A stretch of 64,000 nucleotides of DNA from an uncultured Solirubrobacterales bacterium (GCA_963707965.1 CAVPRR010000005.1:28255-92254); one strand, 5' to 3'. Shown: positions 36,369 to 45,654, counted from the stretch's first letter. Program-made: numbers and translations. The notes: a model not told the origin generated them from the sequence alone.

Positions 36369-37070
36369 CTATTCGAACGGGTTGGGGACGCGAACGACAA
36401 CGTTGTCGACGCTTGCGACGAGATCCTTGCCGTTCGTCAGCGCACCGACCGAGAATCCGGACGCCCGGCCCTGCAATTCGCCGGCGGCGTCGTCGGTGAC
36501 GTCGGCGACCCGTTCCCTGGCGACAAACGCGATGATGCGGCAGCTGCCCTTTTCGGGGCCTTCGGTGATGTTGAAGGCGCGCAGCCGCAGGGCGTTGGCC
36601 CGGTTGATCCCACCCACGCCCTTCACGTTCCTCTCGATGTGCAGGTACCTGATGCTCCCATCGCTGAGGACCTTGCGCAGTTGGGCCTTGCGCTGGAGGG
36701 GAAACACGACGAGCTGGTAGCGCGCGCCGGCGCCCCCAACCCGCAGCGTCACCGCCAGGAACGCCTTGTTGCGGATCGGTTTCGGCGTGCCGCTCAACAG
36801 TCGCTCCACCGCAGCAATCTCCAGGTCCCGACCGACCACCGGTGTCCGGTACACGCACTCCTTGGTGCGCTCCCCGATCACGATCCGGAAGGCGTGGCTG
36901 GACCCACCGCGCCGGCAGCGTTCGCCGGAGAGCTTCGCGATCTGCGCGCGCTGCGCTTCCGACTCCATGTTGCTGCGGTAGATGCCGATCAGGCTCGCCC
37001 CCGCGCCGCTGGTGAGCAGCAGCGCCATCGCGGCCGCCGGCAGAATCGTCGATCTGAATCGAATTCTCAT
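36369..37070 (-). CDS. hypothetical secreted protein
   Basis: Start at MRIRFRS, with signal peptide ...LLLTSGAGA. No family recognised. Confidence 0.6.
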   Translation of the reverse strand: MRIRFRSTILPAAAMALLLTSGAGASLIGIYRSNMESEAQRAQIAKLSGERCRRGGSSHAFRIVIGERTKECVYRTPVVGRDLEIAAVERLLSGTPKPIRNKAFLAVTLRVGGAGARYQLVVFPLQRKAQLRKVLSDGSIRYLHIERNVKGVGGINRANALRLRAFNITEGPEKGSCRIIAFVARERVADVTDDAAGELQGRASGFSVGALTNGKDLVASVDNVVVRVPNPFE

Positions 37071-37165
37071 CGCCCGGAGCCTAAACACGACATCCGGCGA
37101 AAGGTGCGCGCTCAACGTGATGAATGTGGACTTTCCTAGCTCCAAGCCAAATATCATCTGAGGCG

Positions 37166-39160
37166 ATGCCCGATTCTCACCTGCCCGAGCGGGACCGTCC
37201 CTGGGTGATGCGCACCTATGCGGGCCACTCCGACGCCCGCCGTTCCAACGAGCTTTACCGGCGTAATTTGGAAAAGGGCCAAACCGGTCTCTCGATCGCC
37301 TTCGACCTGCCGACCCAGACCGGCTATGACCCCGACAGCGTTCTCGCCCGTGGCGAGGTGGGCAAGGTCGGTGTTTCGATCACCCACAAGGGCGACATGC
37401 ATGCGCTGCTCGATGGCATTCCGCTCGACGAGATGAACACCTCGATGACGATCAACGCCACCGCGGCCTGGCTGCTCGGCCTCTACGTGACGGTCGCCGA
37501 GGAGAACGGAGTCGAACGCGTCAAGCTCACTGGCACCACCCAGAACGACATCATCAAGGAGTACCTCTCGCGCGGCACGTATGCCTTCCCGCCCGAGCCC
37601 TCGATGCGGCTGATCGCCGACATGGTCGCCTTCACGGTCAACGAGGTGCCGAGCTGGAATCCGACCAACATCTGCAGCTATCACCTGCAGGAGGCCGGCG
37701 CGACCCCGGTGCAGGAGATCGCCTACGCGCTCTCGACCGGGATCGCCGTCCTCGACGAGGTCAGGGCACGCGGCCAGGTCGCCGAGGCCCAGTTCCCGCG
37801 GGTCTTCGGCCGCATCTCCTTCTTCGTCAACGCCGGCATTCGCTTCGTCGAGGAGATCGCCAAGCTGCGCGCGATGGGCCGGCTCTGGAACGAGATCGGC
37901 CGCCGGCGCTACGGCGTCACCGACGAGAAGATGCTGCGCTTCCGCTACGGCGTCCAGGTCAACTCGCTCGGCCTCACCGAGGCCCAGCCGGAGAACAACA
38001 TCCAGCGGATCGTCCTGGAGGTGCTGGCGGTGACGCTGAGCCGCGACGCCCGCGCGCGCGCCATCCAGCTCCCGGCCTGGAACGAGGCGATGGGCCTGCC
38101 GCGCCCCTGGGACCAGCAGTGGAGCCTGCGAATCCAGCAGGTGCTGGCCAACGAGACCGACCTGCTCGAGTACCCGGACCTCTTCGAGGGCTCGAAGGTG
38201 ATGGAGGGGCTGGTCGAGGAGCTGGTCGAGGGCGCCCGCGCAGAGATGGCAGTCGTCGAGGAGCACGGCGGCGCCGTGGCGGCCGTCCCGTACATGAAGG
38301 CCCGCCTTGTCGAGTCCCACCGGGAGCGGGTGGCGCGCATCGAGAGCGGCGAGCAGAAGGTGGTCGGCCAGAACTGTTTCACCGAGACCGAGGACTCACC
38401 GCTGACCGCCGGCGCCGACGGCGGCATCCTCACCCCCGACCCGGAGGTGGAGCGCGAGCGGGTCGAGGCGCTGGAGCGCTGGAAGGCGGAGCGCGACGAG
38501 GGCGCTGTGCGCGAGGCACTCGAGGAGCTTGCGCGGGTCGCCTGCGACGAGAGCGTGAACGTGATGCCGGCGACGATCGCGGCGGCGAAGGCCGGCGCCA
38601 CGACGGGCGAGTGGGCGGGGGTGCTGCGCGAGACCTTTGGCGCCTACCGCGCCCCCACCGGCGTCGAGGGAGCAGCGCCCCCCGCCCATCCCGAGCAGCT
38701 CGCCGAGGTCCGACGCCGGGTCGACGAGGTCTCCGAACGCATCGGCCACCGGATCAAGATCCTCGTCGGCAAGCCCGGCCTGGACGGGCACTCGAACGGC
38801 TCCGAGCAGGTCGCCCTGCGCGCCCGCGACGCCGGCATGGAGGTGATCTACCAGGGGATCCGCCTCACGCCCGAGGAGATCGCGGAGTCGGCGCTGCAGG
38901 AGGACGTCGACGTGGTCGGCCTCTCGATCCTCTCCGGCTCGCATCTCGAGCTGGTCCCCGAGGTGGTGAGGCGCCTGCGCGATGAGGGGATCGACGTCCC
39001 CGTCGTCGTCGGCGGGATCATCCCCACCGCCGACGCGAAGCGGTTGCGCGAGGCGGGCGTCGACGGCGTCTACACCCCAAAGGACTTCGACATCAACCGG
39101 ATCATGGCCGAGATCGTCGAGCTCGTCGCCCAGCGAGCCGCGGCCGGCGCCGCAACCTGA
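37166..39160 (+). CDS. ecm: ethylmalonyl-CoA mutase (MeaA-type fused B12-dependent acyl-CoA mutase)
   Basis: DRPWVMRTYAGHSDARRSNELYRRNLEKGQTGLSIAFDLPTQTGYD N-terminus is typical of MeaA. C-terminal B12-binding domain (GKPGLDGHSNG). ccr and mcl lie nearby. Confidence 0.85.
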   Translation: MPDSHLPERDRPWVMRTYAGHSDARRSNELYRRNLEKGQTGLSIAFDLPTQTGYDPDSVLARGEVGKVGVSITHKGDMHALLDGIPLDEMNTSMTINATAAWLLGLYVTVAEENGVERVKLTGTTQNDIIKEYLSRGTYAFPPEPSMRLIADMVAFTVNEVPSWNPTNICSYHLQEAGATPVQEIAYALSTGIAVLDEVRARGQVAEAQFPRVFGRISFFVNAGIRFVEEIAKLRAMGRLWNEIGRRRYGVTDEKMLRFRYGVQVNSLGLTEAQPENNIQRIVLEVLAVTLSRDARARAIQLPAWNEAMGLPRPWDQQWSLRIQQVLANETDLLEYPDLFEGSKVMEGLVEELVEGARAEMAVVEEHGGAVAAVPYMKARLVESHRERVARIESGEQKVVGQNCFTETEDSPLTAGADGGILTPDPEVERERVEALERWKAERDEGAVREALEELARVACDESVNVMPATIAAAKAGATTGEWAGVLRETFGAYRAPTGVEGAAPPAHPEQLAEVRRRVDEVSERIGHRIKILVGKPGLDGHSNGSEQVALRARDAGMEVIYQGIRLTPEEIAESALQEDVDVVGLSILSGSHLELVPEVVRRLRDEGIDVPVVVGGIIPTADAKRLREAGVDGVYTPKDFDINRIMAEIVELVAQRAAAGAAT

Positions 39161-39206
39161 GCGCCCCCACCCTGCGTCGGGGCCGCGTCCGCGCCACAAT
39201 AGGCTC

Positions 39207-39773
39207 ATGAGCGAGCTGAATGGGGACCGCTCGGCCTGGCTGCGCTGCTACCGCTGCTGGTCCCAGAACCTCGAGATCCAGATCCACTACGACGCGATCC
39301 GCCGCGTCGACCCCGAAACCGGCGTTCCGGCTGAGGGCGTCGACGAGCTGCAGGAGTCGGTCGTGCAGTGCCTCAACTGCATGCACGACCAGCCCCACCT
39401 GACCTTTCAGAACGACCAGGTGATCCCGGTCGAGGACCGCTGGGAGCGCCTGGTCGCCGGAACGCCCTGGGTTGCCTCCTGCACGGTCACCGTCGACCAG
39501 GACCGGGTGGAGAGCTGCGCGGGCCCCGAGGCAGCCGAGCTCCTCACCTACGGTGCCTTCGGCGAGGCCGGCGTGCGGGAGTTCTTCACCCACGTCCGCT
39601 TCCACAAGCACAACGAGGAGCGGATCGTCGTCCACCTGCTCGTCGAGCTCTACGCACGCTCGGCCGAAGAGGCGACCGACGTCCTCGAAGGCGCCGCTCA
39701 CGGCCCGCTCGAGATCACCTCGCTGGCGGAGGAGTCACGCCCCCCCGCCCATGCCTCCGACGAGGCGCACTGA
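39207..39773 (+). CDS. hypothetical protein with CxxC...CxxC zinc-ribbon-like N-terminus
   Basis: 188 aa; LRCYRCWSQ...VQCLNCMHD. No family recognised. Confidence 0.55.
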   Translation: MSELNGDRSAWLRCYRCWSQNLEIQIHYDAIRRVDPETGVPAEGVDELQESVVQCLNCMHDQPHLTFQNDQVIPVEDRWERLVAGTPWVASCTVTVDQDRVESCAGPEAAELLTYGAFGEAGVREFFTHVRFHKHNEERIVVHLLVELYARSAEEATDVLEGAAHGPLEITSLAEESRPPAHASDEAH

Positions 39774-39805
39774 GCGCCGGCAAGCCACACCCCCAGGCCG
39801 CCCAT

Positions 39806-39851
39806 CCCCGAAACACCGTTTCCACGTAATGCATGGCAACGGTGTTCCGGG
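39806..39851. repeat. 46-bp palindromic repeat, copy 2
   Basis: CCCCGAAACACCGTTTCCACGTAATGCATGGCAACGGTGTTCCGGG; same family as 7580..7625. Confidence 0.9.
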
Positions 39852-39863
39852 CAGACGCATAGC

Positions 39864-39926
39864 GAGCGCTCAGCACCGAACCGAGCGCTCAGCACCAAAC
39901 CGGGCGCTCAGCACCAAACCGGGCGA
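39864..39926. repeat. 19-bp tandem repeat, about 3.3 copies
   Basis: GAGCGCTCAGCACCGAACC / GAGCGCTCAGCACCAAACC / GGGCGCTCAGCACCAAACC / GGGCGAG..., lying between palindrome copy 2 and the DUF559 stop codon. Confidence 0.9.
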
Positions 39927-39939
39927 GGGTATGCGGCAT

Positions 39940-40809
39940 TCAGGCACCAAGGGAGCGACGCACGTTGCCTAGGAACAGGTCGGGGTTCCGGTGAAGCATC
40001 GCGTAGGTGGTGCGGTGGACCTCGTAGCCGGCGGCGGTCAACGCAACGGTGCGCTCATGGTCGTTCTCGAATGCCAAGTGATCGGCGTGGTAGGTGTAGC
40101 TGTCCGTTTCGACGACCACCCGCTGTGCCGGCCAAAAGAAATCGACCAGATATCCCTCCAGGAGGACGTTCACCTCCGGCAGCGGCAAACCTCCGTCCCG
40201 GCATAGGGCCAGGAAGTCGACCTCCAGTGGCGACTTCGTGTCCGCTGCGCGCGGATCGACGCAATCTGCAACCCGACCCAATCGCGCGGCGCCCGGCCGC
40301 CCCTTGTTCTCGCTCAGCACCCGGTCGAGCTCTGCCCACCGCAGCCGCCGGCTCCGATCGGCGGCAACCAGCGCGTGCTCGAGTGGACGCGCATCCAGGC
40401 GCCCTGCCATGTCGAACAGGGTCCGCGCGAGTGAAGTGACAGGGATCCCCGACTCGGTCGTGATGTCAGAGGGCGACAGGGAGTGACTGTGATGCACCCA
40501 AATGCAGGGGCCCTTGCGCCCTCCTGAGGAGCGGGTCACCTCAACCGGGCCGCGTGACCGGCGCAGTCCCCAGAGATGTGCAGCGCTGCCATGGGAAAGC
40601 ACTGCACCAGCGCCGGAGGCAAGGACGGCTGCCATCCACTCGCCCCTCTGCCCGATCCGGCACCGGCCAAGCGCAAAGACACCACGATGCACGGAAACCA
40701 GCCGACCGCTCCGAACGCGATCCTGAATCAACCCCTTTCCCAAACCCATCGCAAGCAGCTGTCGCCGTGCGACCACGCCGTGCTGTCGCTCTGCCAGCTC
40801 GCGAATCAA
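39940..40809 (-). CDS. DUF559 (Vsr-like endonuclease fold) protein with AbiEi-like N-terminal wHTH
   Basis: ELAERQHGVVARRQLLAMG N-terminus. C-terminal ...VDFFWPAQRVVVETDSYTYHADHLAFENDHERTVALTAAGYEVHRTT. Start set at TTG 40809 because the longer ORF (to 40953) translates palindrome copy 3. Confidence 0.7.
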   Translation of the reverse strand: MIRELAERQHGVVARRQLLAMGLGKGLIQDRVRSGRLVSVHRGVFALGRCRIGQRGEWMAAVLASGAGAVLSHGSAAHLWGLRRSRGPVEVTRSSGGRKGPCIWVHHSHSLSPSDITTESGIPVTSLARTLFDMAGRLDARPLEHALVAADRSRRLRWAELDRVLSENKGRPGAARLGRVADCVDPRAADTKSPLEVDFLALCRDGGLPLPEVNVLLEGYLVDFFWPAQRVVVETDSYTYHADHLAFENDHERTVALTAAGYEVHRTTYAMLHRNPDLFLGNVRRSLGA

Positions 40810-40840
40810 GCGGGTCGCTTCGTCGCTGGCCTTTCGCGTG

Positions 40841-40886
40841 CCCGCAACATCGTTTCCATGCATTACATGGAAACCGTGTTTCGGGG
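40841..40886. repeat. 46-bp palindromic repeat, copy 3 (inverted relative to copy 2)
   Basis: CCCGCAACATCGTTTCCATGCATTACATGGAAACCGTGTTTCGGGG. The loop sequence matches the reverse complement of copy 2. Confidence 0.9.
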
Positions 40887-41036
40887 GGGTCTCAAGGCGG
40901 CTGATTGCCACTCGCTTGACGCTGCCGCACGGCGGCGCACGCGTGCTGCGCACAGCGAAAAGAATTCACCACGAAACCGGCACGGAAGTGCGCAGGGCTC
41001 TCAGACCCTGCGTCCGTGTGTGCGCGCGAACCCCGG

Positions 41037-41555
41037 CTACTCGCCGGGGTTCTTGCGGGGCACCAGCACCAGCCGCTTGAACTCAGCGACGAGCACACCG
41101 TCCTGGTTGAGCACCCGGGTGTGGACCTTGACCACGCCGCGGTCCGGCTTCGACTTCGAGGGCTTCACGTCGAGCACCTCGGTCTCGCAGAACAGGGTGT
41201 CGCCGTGGAAGACGGGGTTGGGGTGGCTGAGCTCTTCGGTCGCGAGGTTGGCGATCGCCTTGCCGGAGACGTCGGAGACCGACATTCCGAGGGCAAGCGA
41301 GTAGACCAGCGGTCCGACGACGACGTTGCGCCCCTGCTGGGACTGCTTCGCGTAGACGTCGTTGAGGTGGAGCGGGTGATGGTTCATCGTGATCAGGCAG
41401 AAGAGGTGGTCGTCCGCCTCGGTCACGGTCTTGGCCGGCCAGTGCTTGTACACGGCGCCGACCTCGAACTCCTCGAGGTAGCGGCCGTAGGCGTGGGCGC
41501 CGGATGCCTCGCGCTCGGCCTGGTCGGTGGTCAGCTCGTATGTCTCGTCGCTCAT
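41037..41555 (-). CDS. MaoC-family (R)-specific enoyl-CoA hydratase, candidate mesaconyl-CoA hydratase
   Basis: 172-aa single hotdog with ...ITMNHHPLHLN... hydratase motif. The functional subtype is inferred from the ethylmalonyl-CoA gene context. Confidence 0.75.
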   Translation of the reverse strand: MSDETYELTTDQAEREASGAHAYGRYLEEFEVGAVYKHWPAKTVTEADDHLFCLITMNHHPLHLNDVYAKQSQQGRNVVVGPLVYSLALGMSVSDVSGKAIANLATEELSHPNPVFHGDTLFCETEVLDVKPSKSKPDRGVVKVHTRVLNQDGVLVAEFKRLVLVPRKNPGE

Positions 41556-41656
41556 CGGTGTCGGGATCTCCTCTGGTTTGACGGCGCGGATGCTATCCGC
41601 GTGGCAGCTTGCGGGGCGGCTGGGCCGCCGCGGAGCTTCGTCGCTGTACGAACCCG

Positions 41657-42019
41657 TCAGCGAACTTTCCTGAGGCGTGCGCGCTGCTCCTGGCGTTCCA
41701 CGACCTGGGCGATCAGCTTCTTCACGTTGGAGTCGCCGGTCACCTTGATGTGACCGGTCTCGAACGCCCTGCGGTAGCCCTGCAGCGTGCCGCGCTCCGC
41801 CAGCTCGTTGAACTGAGGGCGGTCGATCTGGACCAGGACGCGCTCGTCCTGTGCCAGGTCCTTGCTGATCTTCGGCCCCGGTACCTCGACCCGGTAGAGC
41901 TGGATGTCCCCCCTCCCCTTCAGTTCCAGCCCGAGGACGAGTTTCAGTTTCTGCAGGGCTGGAACCTCGACCAGAAAGCGCTCGACGGCGGTCCGGATCA
42001 GGTCGGAGGTCGACGCCAT
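41657..42019 (-). CDS. SCP2 sterol-binding domain protein
   Basis: 120 aa; SCP2-like pattern (...GHIKVTGDSNVKKL...). 4-nt gap to the upstream acyl-CoA dehydrogenase. Confidence 0.6.
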   Translation of the reverse strand: MASTSDLIRTAVERFLVEVPALQKLKLVLGLELKGRGDIQLYRVEVPGPKISKDLAQDERVLVQIDRPQFNELAERGTLQGYRRAFETGHIKVTGDSNVKKLIAQVVERQEQRARLRKVR

Positions 42020-42023
42020 CCGG

Positions 42024-43238
42024 CTAGATCTTGTGCCTCTGGAGGAGCTTCTTGCCGATCACCATGCGCTGGATCTCGGAGGTGCCCTCGCCGATCAGGA
42101 GCAGCGGCGCGTCGCGGTAGAGGCGCTCGATCTCATACTCCTTCGAGTAGCCGTAGCCGCCGTGGATGCGGAAGCAGTCCTCAACGCACTCCTTGCCGGT
42201 CTCCGAGGCCAGCAGCTTCGCCATCCCGGCCTCCAGATCGGAGCGCTCGCCGGCGTCCTTCATCCGCGCCGCTTTGCGGGTCACGAGGCGGGCCGCCTCG
42301 ATCTTGGTCGCCATGTCGGCGAGCTTGAACTGGATCGCCTGGTGCTGAGCGATCGGCTTGCCGAACGCCTTGCGCTCCTGGCTGTAGCGGAGGGCCAGCT
42401 CAAGCGCCCGCTGGGCGATGCCGACGCCGCGCGCAGCAACGTTGACACGCCCCACCTCGAGCGCATCCATCATCTGCACGAAACCCTCGCCCAGGCCCGC
42501 CTCCTCGCCACCCAGGATCCGCTCGGATGGGCAGAGGTAGCCGTCGTAGACGAGCTCCGTGGACTCGACGCCCTTGTAGCCCATCTTCTTGATCTTGGGC
42601 GGGACGACCAGGCCCTTGTAGTCGCCCGTGTTCTCTTCGACCCACGGCTCCTTCTCGGTCAAGAAGCAGGTCATCCCCTTGTAGGGCGGATCGGCCTTCG
42701 TATCGGTCTTTACCAGCACGAAGACCACGCCGGATCCAAGGCCGTTCGTGACCCACATCTTCTGGCCGTTCAGCTCCCACTTCCCGTCCGCGGCCTTCCT
42801 TGCGGTCGCCTTGATGCCCTGCACGTCGGAGCCGACCTCTGGCTCCGAGAGCGAGAACGCGGCGCGGATCTCACCGGTCGCCATCTTCGGCAGGAAGTGG
42901 TTCTTCTGCTCGTCGCTGCCGAACTTCATCAGCAGGTAGGAGCCGATGAAGTGGGTGTTTACGACGCCCGAGATCGAGATCCAGCCGCGCGAGAGCTCTT
43001 CGACGATCATCGCGTAGGTGGTCAGGTCGAGGCCCATCCCTCCGTACTCCTCGGGGATCGTCACCCCGAACAGGCCCAGCTCCTTCATCTGCTCGACGAT
43101 CGGCTCCGGGAAGGAGTCCTCGTGGTCGTAGTGCTCGGCGTTGGGGATGATCTGCTCGTCGACGAACTGGCGAACCATCGCGGTGATGTCGCGCTGGATG
43201 TCTGTCTGCTCGCTGTAGGCGGCGGTCTCTACGGCCAT
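42024..43238 (-). CDS. acyl-CoA dehydrogenase
   Basis: Start at MAVETAAY; 404 aa with ACAD patterns (AAFSLSEPEVGSDV, QIHGGYGYSKEYEIERLYRDA). Confidence 0.9.
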   Translation of the reverse strand: MAVETAAYSEQTDIQRDITAMVRQFVDEQIIPNAEHYDHEDSFPEPIVEQMKELGLFGVTIPEEYGGMGLDLTTYAMIVEELSRGWISISGVVNTHFIGSYLLMKFGSDEQKNHFLPKMATGEIRAAFSLSEPEVGSDVQGIKATARKAADGKWELNGQKMWVTNGLGSGVVFVLVKTDTKADPPYKGMTCFLTEKEPWVEENTGDYKGLVVPPKIKKMGYKGVESTELVYDGYLCPSERILGGEEAGLGEGFVQMMDALEVGRVNVAARGVGIAQRALELALRYSQERKAFGKPIAQHQAIQFKLADMATKIEAARLVTRKAARMKDAGERSDLEAGMAKLLASETGKECVEDCFRIHGGYGYSKEYEIERLYRDAPLLLIGEGTSEIQRMVIGKKLLQRHKI

Positions 43239-43344
43239 GGCTCCTAGCTGCTCAGGTTGGGGATGGGAGGCCCGCGGCGAATGGTCTTCCCCACGGGGCA
43301 CGCGCGCCAAGAGTATCGACGCTGCGCCGCACGGCGCCAGGAGC

Positions 43345-44886
43345 TCATCGAGGCAACCGCCGAGCCTGGAGGGGACTCGGCTCGGGCACCTCCCCGAAGA
43401 CCGCCAGCGGGTCCACGTGAGGGTCAATGGCCCGCATCGGCGCATCAGCCTTGAGCAGCATCTCCCTGTACTCCTTCTCGGCGTCGGAATCGAGCACGAT
43501 GGCGCCGCCGCATCCGATCGTCGCCGCCTCGCCATCGATCACTATTGCTCGGATTGCGACGCTGAGATCGCAGCCGCCGCCCAACCCGAGGTAGCCGATC
43601 GCACCCGAGTAGACGCCTCGCGCTTCGCCCTCGAGACGGTCGATGATCTCCATCGTCCGCCGCTTCGGGGCCCCCGTCATCGAGCCGGGCGGGAAGCAGG
43701 CACGGATGCAGTCCGGCGCCTCCCGGTCATCGCGCAGCCTGCCGCGAACCGTCGAGACGAGTTGGTGGACGGTCTCGTAAGTCTCGACCCGCATCAGCTC
43801 CGGTACGTGCACCGAGCCGACCTCGCAGACGATGCCAAGGTCGTTGCGCATCAGGTCGACGATCGTCACATTCTCGGCGCGGCTCTTCTCGTCAGCGCCG
43901 AGATCCGCGGCGAGCCGGGCATCCTCCGCCGGCGTCGCCCCGCGGCGGCTGGTGCCCTTGATCGGCCTCGCCTCAACCCAGCGGTCGCGTCCGATGCCGA
44001 GGAAGCGCTCAGGAGAGGAGCTGAGTACGGCCTCCTCGCCAAAGCGCAGGAAGGCGGCGAACGGCGCCGGGTTTACGCGTCGCAGCTCGCGGTACAGGCG
44101 CAACGGGTCCGGAGGGGCATCGGTGACAACCTTGTTGGTGAGGCAGACCTCGTAGGTCTCACCTGCCACGAGCCGGCTCTTACAGGCGGCGATGTCATCC
44201 ACGTAGCGCTCCGCGGAGCGGCGGAGCCGGAACCTCACCGGCTCGCCGTCCCCCGGCTGGGTGCCCCCCGGCTTGCCGTTCCCTGCCCAAGCCGGCTCCG
44301 CCAGGGGAGGCAGCGACGCGAGGCGTCGACCTGTCTGATCCAGCCAGCGGTCTGCACCCGCCGCATCTCCGGCCGGGGCCAGGCAGAGCAGCCAGGTTCG
44401 CTGCTCGAGATGGTCGAAGGCGATCAGCCGGTCGGCGAAGACGAAGGCGGCATCCGGGAGCCGGGACTGATGGGCGCGGCGGCCGTCGCAGTCGGCCTTG
44501 AGCTCGTAGCCGAGGTAGCCGACAAAGCCGCAGTTGAAGTCGAATGGCAGCTCGCCGCACGGATGGCGCAGGCGTCGCAGCTCGCGGTTCAGGTAGTCGA
44601 AGATCGACTCGTCGAAGACCTCGACCTCGCCACCGCGCTCCACGATGACCTGGCCTGCCGCAACGTCATAGGAGACGACCGCACCAAGCGGCCCCTCGCT
44701 ATCGCCGACGAACGAGAAACGGGCCGGTGGGCCGGGCACGCTGCTGTCCAGCCAGAAGGCGTTGGGGCTGGACCCGTAGATATGGGCGAAGGCCAGCTCG
44801 GCGTCGTGCGGCGCATCGAGACGCCTGACCCGCAGCTCAAGGTCTGTGGGGATCGGCGAGATCCTCGCCTGGCGGGTGACCGGCAT
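43345..44886 (-). CDS. pabB: aminodeoxychorismate synthase component I
   Basis: Chorismate-binding core (SSSPERFL, RPIKGT, NVTIVDLMRNDL, PPGSMTGAPK, GVYSGAIGY). Start set at MPVTRQ; the ORF is open to 45072 but that part is antisense to pabC. Confidence 0.8.
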   Translation of the reverse strand: MPVTRQARISPIPTDLELRVRRLDAPHDAELAFAHIYGSSPNAFWLDSSVPGPPARFSFVGDSEGPLGAVVSYDVAAGQVIVERGGEVEVFDESIFDYLNRELRRLRHPCGELPFDFNCGFVGYLGYELKADCDGRRAHQSRLPDAAFVFADRLIAFDHLEQRTWLLCLAPAGDAAGADRWLDQTGRRLASLPPLAEPAWAGNGKPGGTQPGDGEPVRFRLRRSAERYVDDIAACKSRLVAGETYEVCLTNKVVTDAPPDPLRLYRELRRVNPAPFAAFLRFGEEAVLSSSPERFLGIGRDRWVEARPIKGTSRRGATPAEDARLAADLGADEKSRAENVTIVDLMRNDLGIVCEVGSVHVPELMRVETYETVHQLVSTVRGRLRDDREAPDCIRACFPPGSMTGAPKRRTMEIIDRLEGEARGVYSGAIGYLGLGGGCDLSVAIRAIVIDGEAATIGCGGAIVLDSDAEKEYREMLLKADAPMRAIDPHVDPLAVFGEVPEPSPLQARRLPR

Positions 44887-44907
44887 CTCGTCAAAATAGC
44901 CGCCGGC

Positions 44908-45654
44908 GTGCCGGCAGCTTCCAAACCCAACGCGGAGAAGGGCGTCTTCGAGACGCTGCTCGTGGTGGCGGGCCGCCCAATCGAGGTCGATGCTCACCTT
45001 GCCAGGCTTGCCGGAAGCGTGCGGGCGCTGTTCGGTGCCGAGCTCGGCGGCGAGGCCCTCAAGCCTGGTCACGGCGGAGGCGCGGGCGCCTGCAGCTCGG
45101 GCGCCTGCGGCTCACGGCTGCCCCACAACCCGGCCATGGAGTTGCGCTGGAGGTCCGCAGCCGCGACGTGGATCCCTCGCTGGTGCTTCCCGCCGGCCGC
45201 GCGGGCTGTCTCGCTGCGAAGCCTGGTCGTCGCCGGAGGGCTCGGCGCACACAAGTGGGCTGACCGCTCACTGCTGGAGCGTGCCGAGACGGAGACGCCG
45301 GATGCCTCGGTTCCGCTACTGCTCGATCGCGACGGATCCGTGTTGGAGGCCTCGCGAGCAAACGTCTTCGCGGTGCACGACGGCGTACTCACCACACCGG
45401 CCGTGGACGGGCGCATCCTTCCCGGAGTCACCAGGGCGCTTGCGATCGAGCTGGCCCGCGACGCCGGGGCCGAGGTGCGTGAGGCACGCATCGCGTGCGA
45501 GAGAATGTTCGAAGCCGACGAGATCTTCCTCACCGGCGCGTTGCGGGGCGTCGAGCCCGTTGGCTCGATTGAGGGGATCGAGGTTCAGCCGGCCGGTGAG
45601 CTCACACTGCTTCTCGCTGGAGAGCTGCGGCGCCGCTGGCTGGGGCCGGGATGA
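44908..45654 (+). CDS. pabC: aminodeoxychorismate lyase / class IV aminotransferase fold
   Basis: These are the last ~248 codons of ORF 43237..45654: GVFETLLVV..., EASRANVFAV, ILPGVTRA, EIFLTGALRGVEPV. The GTG start at 44908 is tentative. Confidence 0.7.
   Translation: MPAASKPNAEKGVFETLLVVAGRPIEVDAHLARLAGSVRALFGAELGGEALKPGHGGGAGACSSGACGSRLPHNPAMELRWRSAAATWIPRWCFPPAARAVSLRSLVVAGGLGAHKWADRSLLERAETETPDASVPLLLDRDGSVLEASRANVFAVHDGVLTTPAVDGRILPGVTRALAIELARDAGAEVREARIACERMFEADEIFLTGALRGVEPVGSIEGIEVQPAGELTLLLAGELRRRWLGPG

Noticed and set aside
39698-39972. Short ORFs 39472..39972 (+) and 39698..39898 (-), and the N-terminal 48 codons of ORF 39940..40953
   Set aside because: Their recurring FHVMHGNGV-type peptides are simply translations of the 46-bp palindromic repeat and the 19-bp tandem repeat.
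43237-44907. N-terminal ~557 codons of the 805-aa plus-strand ORF 43237..45654
   Set aside because: It is antisense to pabB, which carries the chorismate-binding motifs. Only the C-terminal class-IV aminotransferase-like part is credible.
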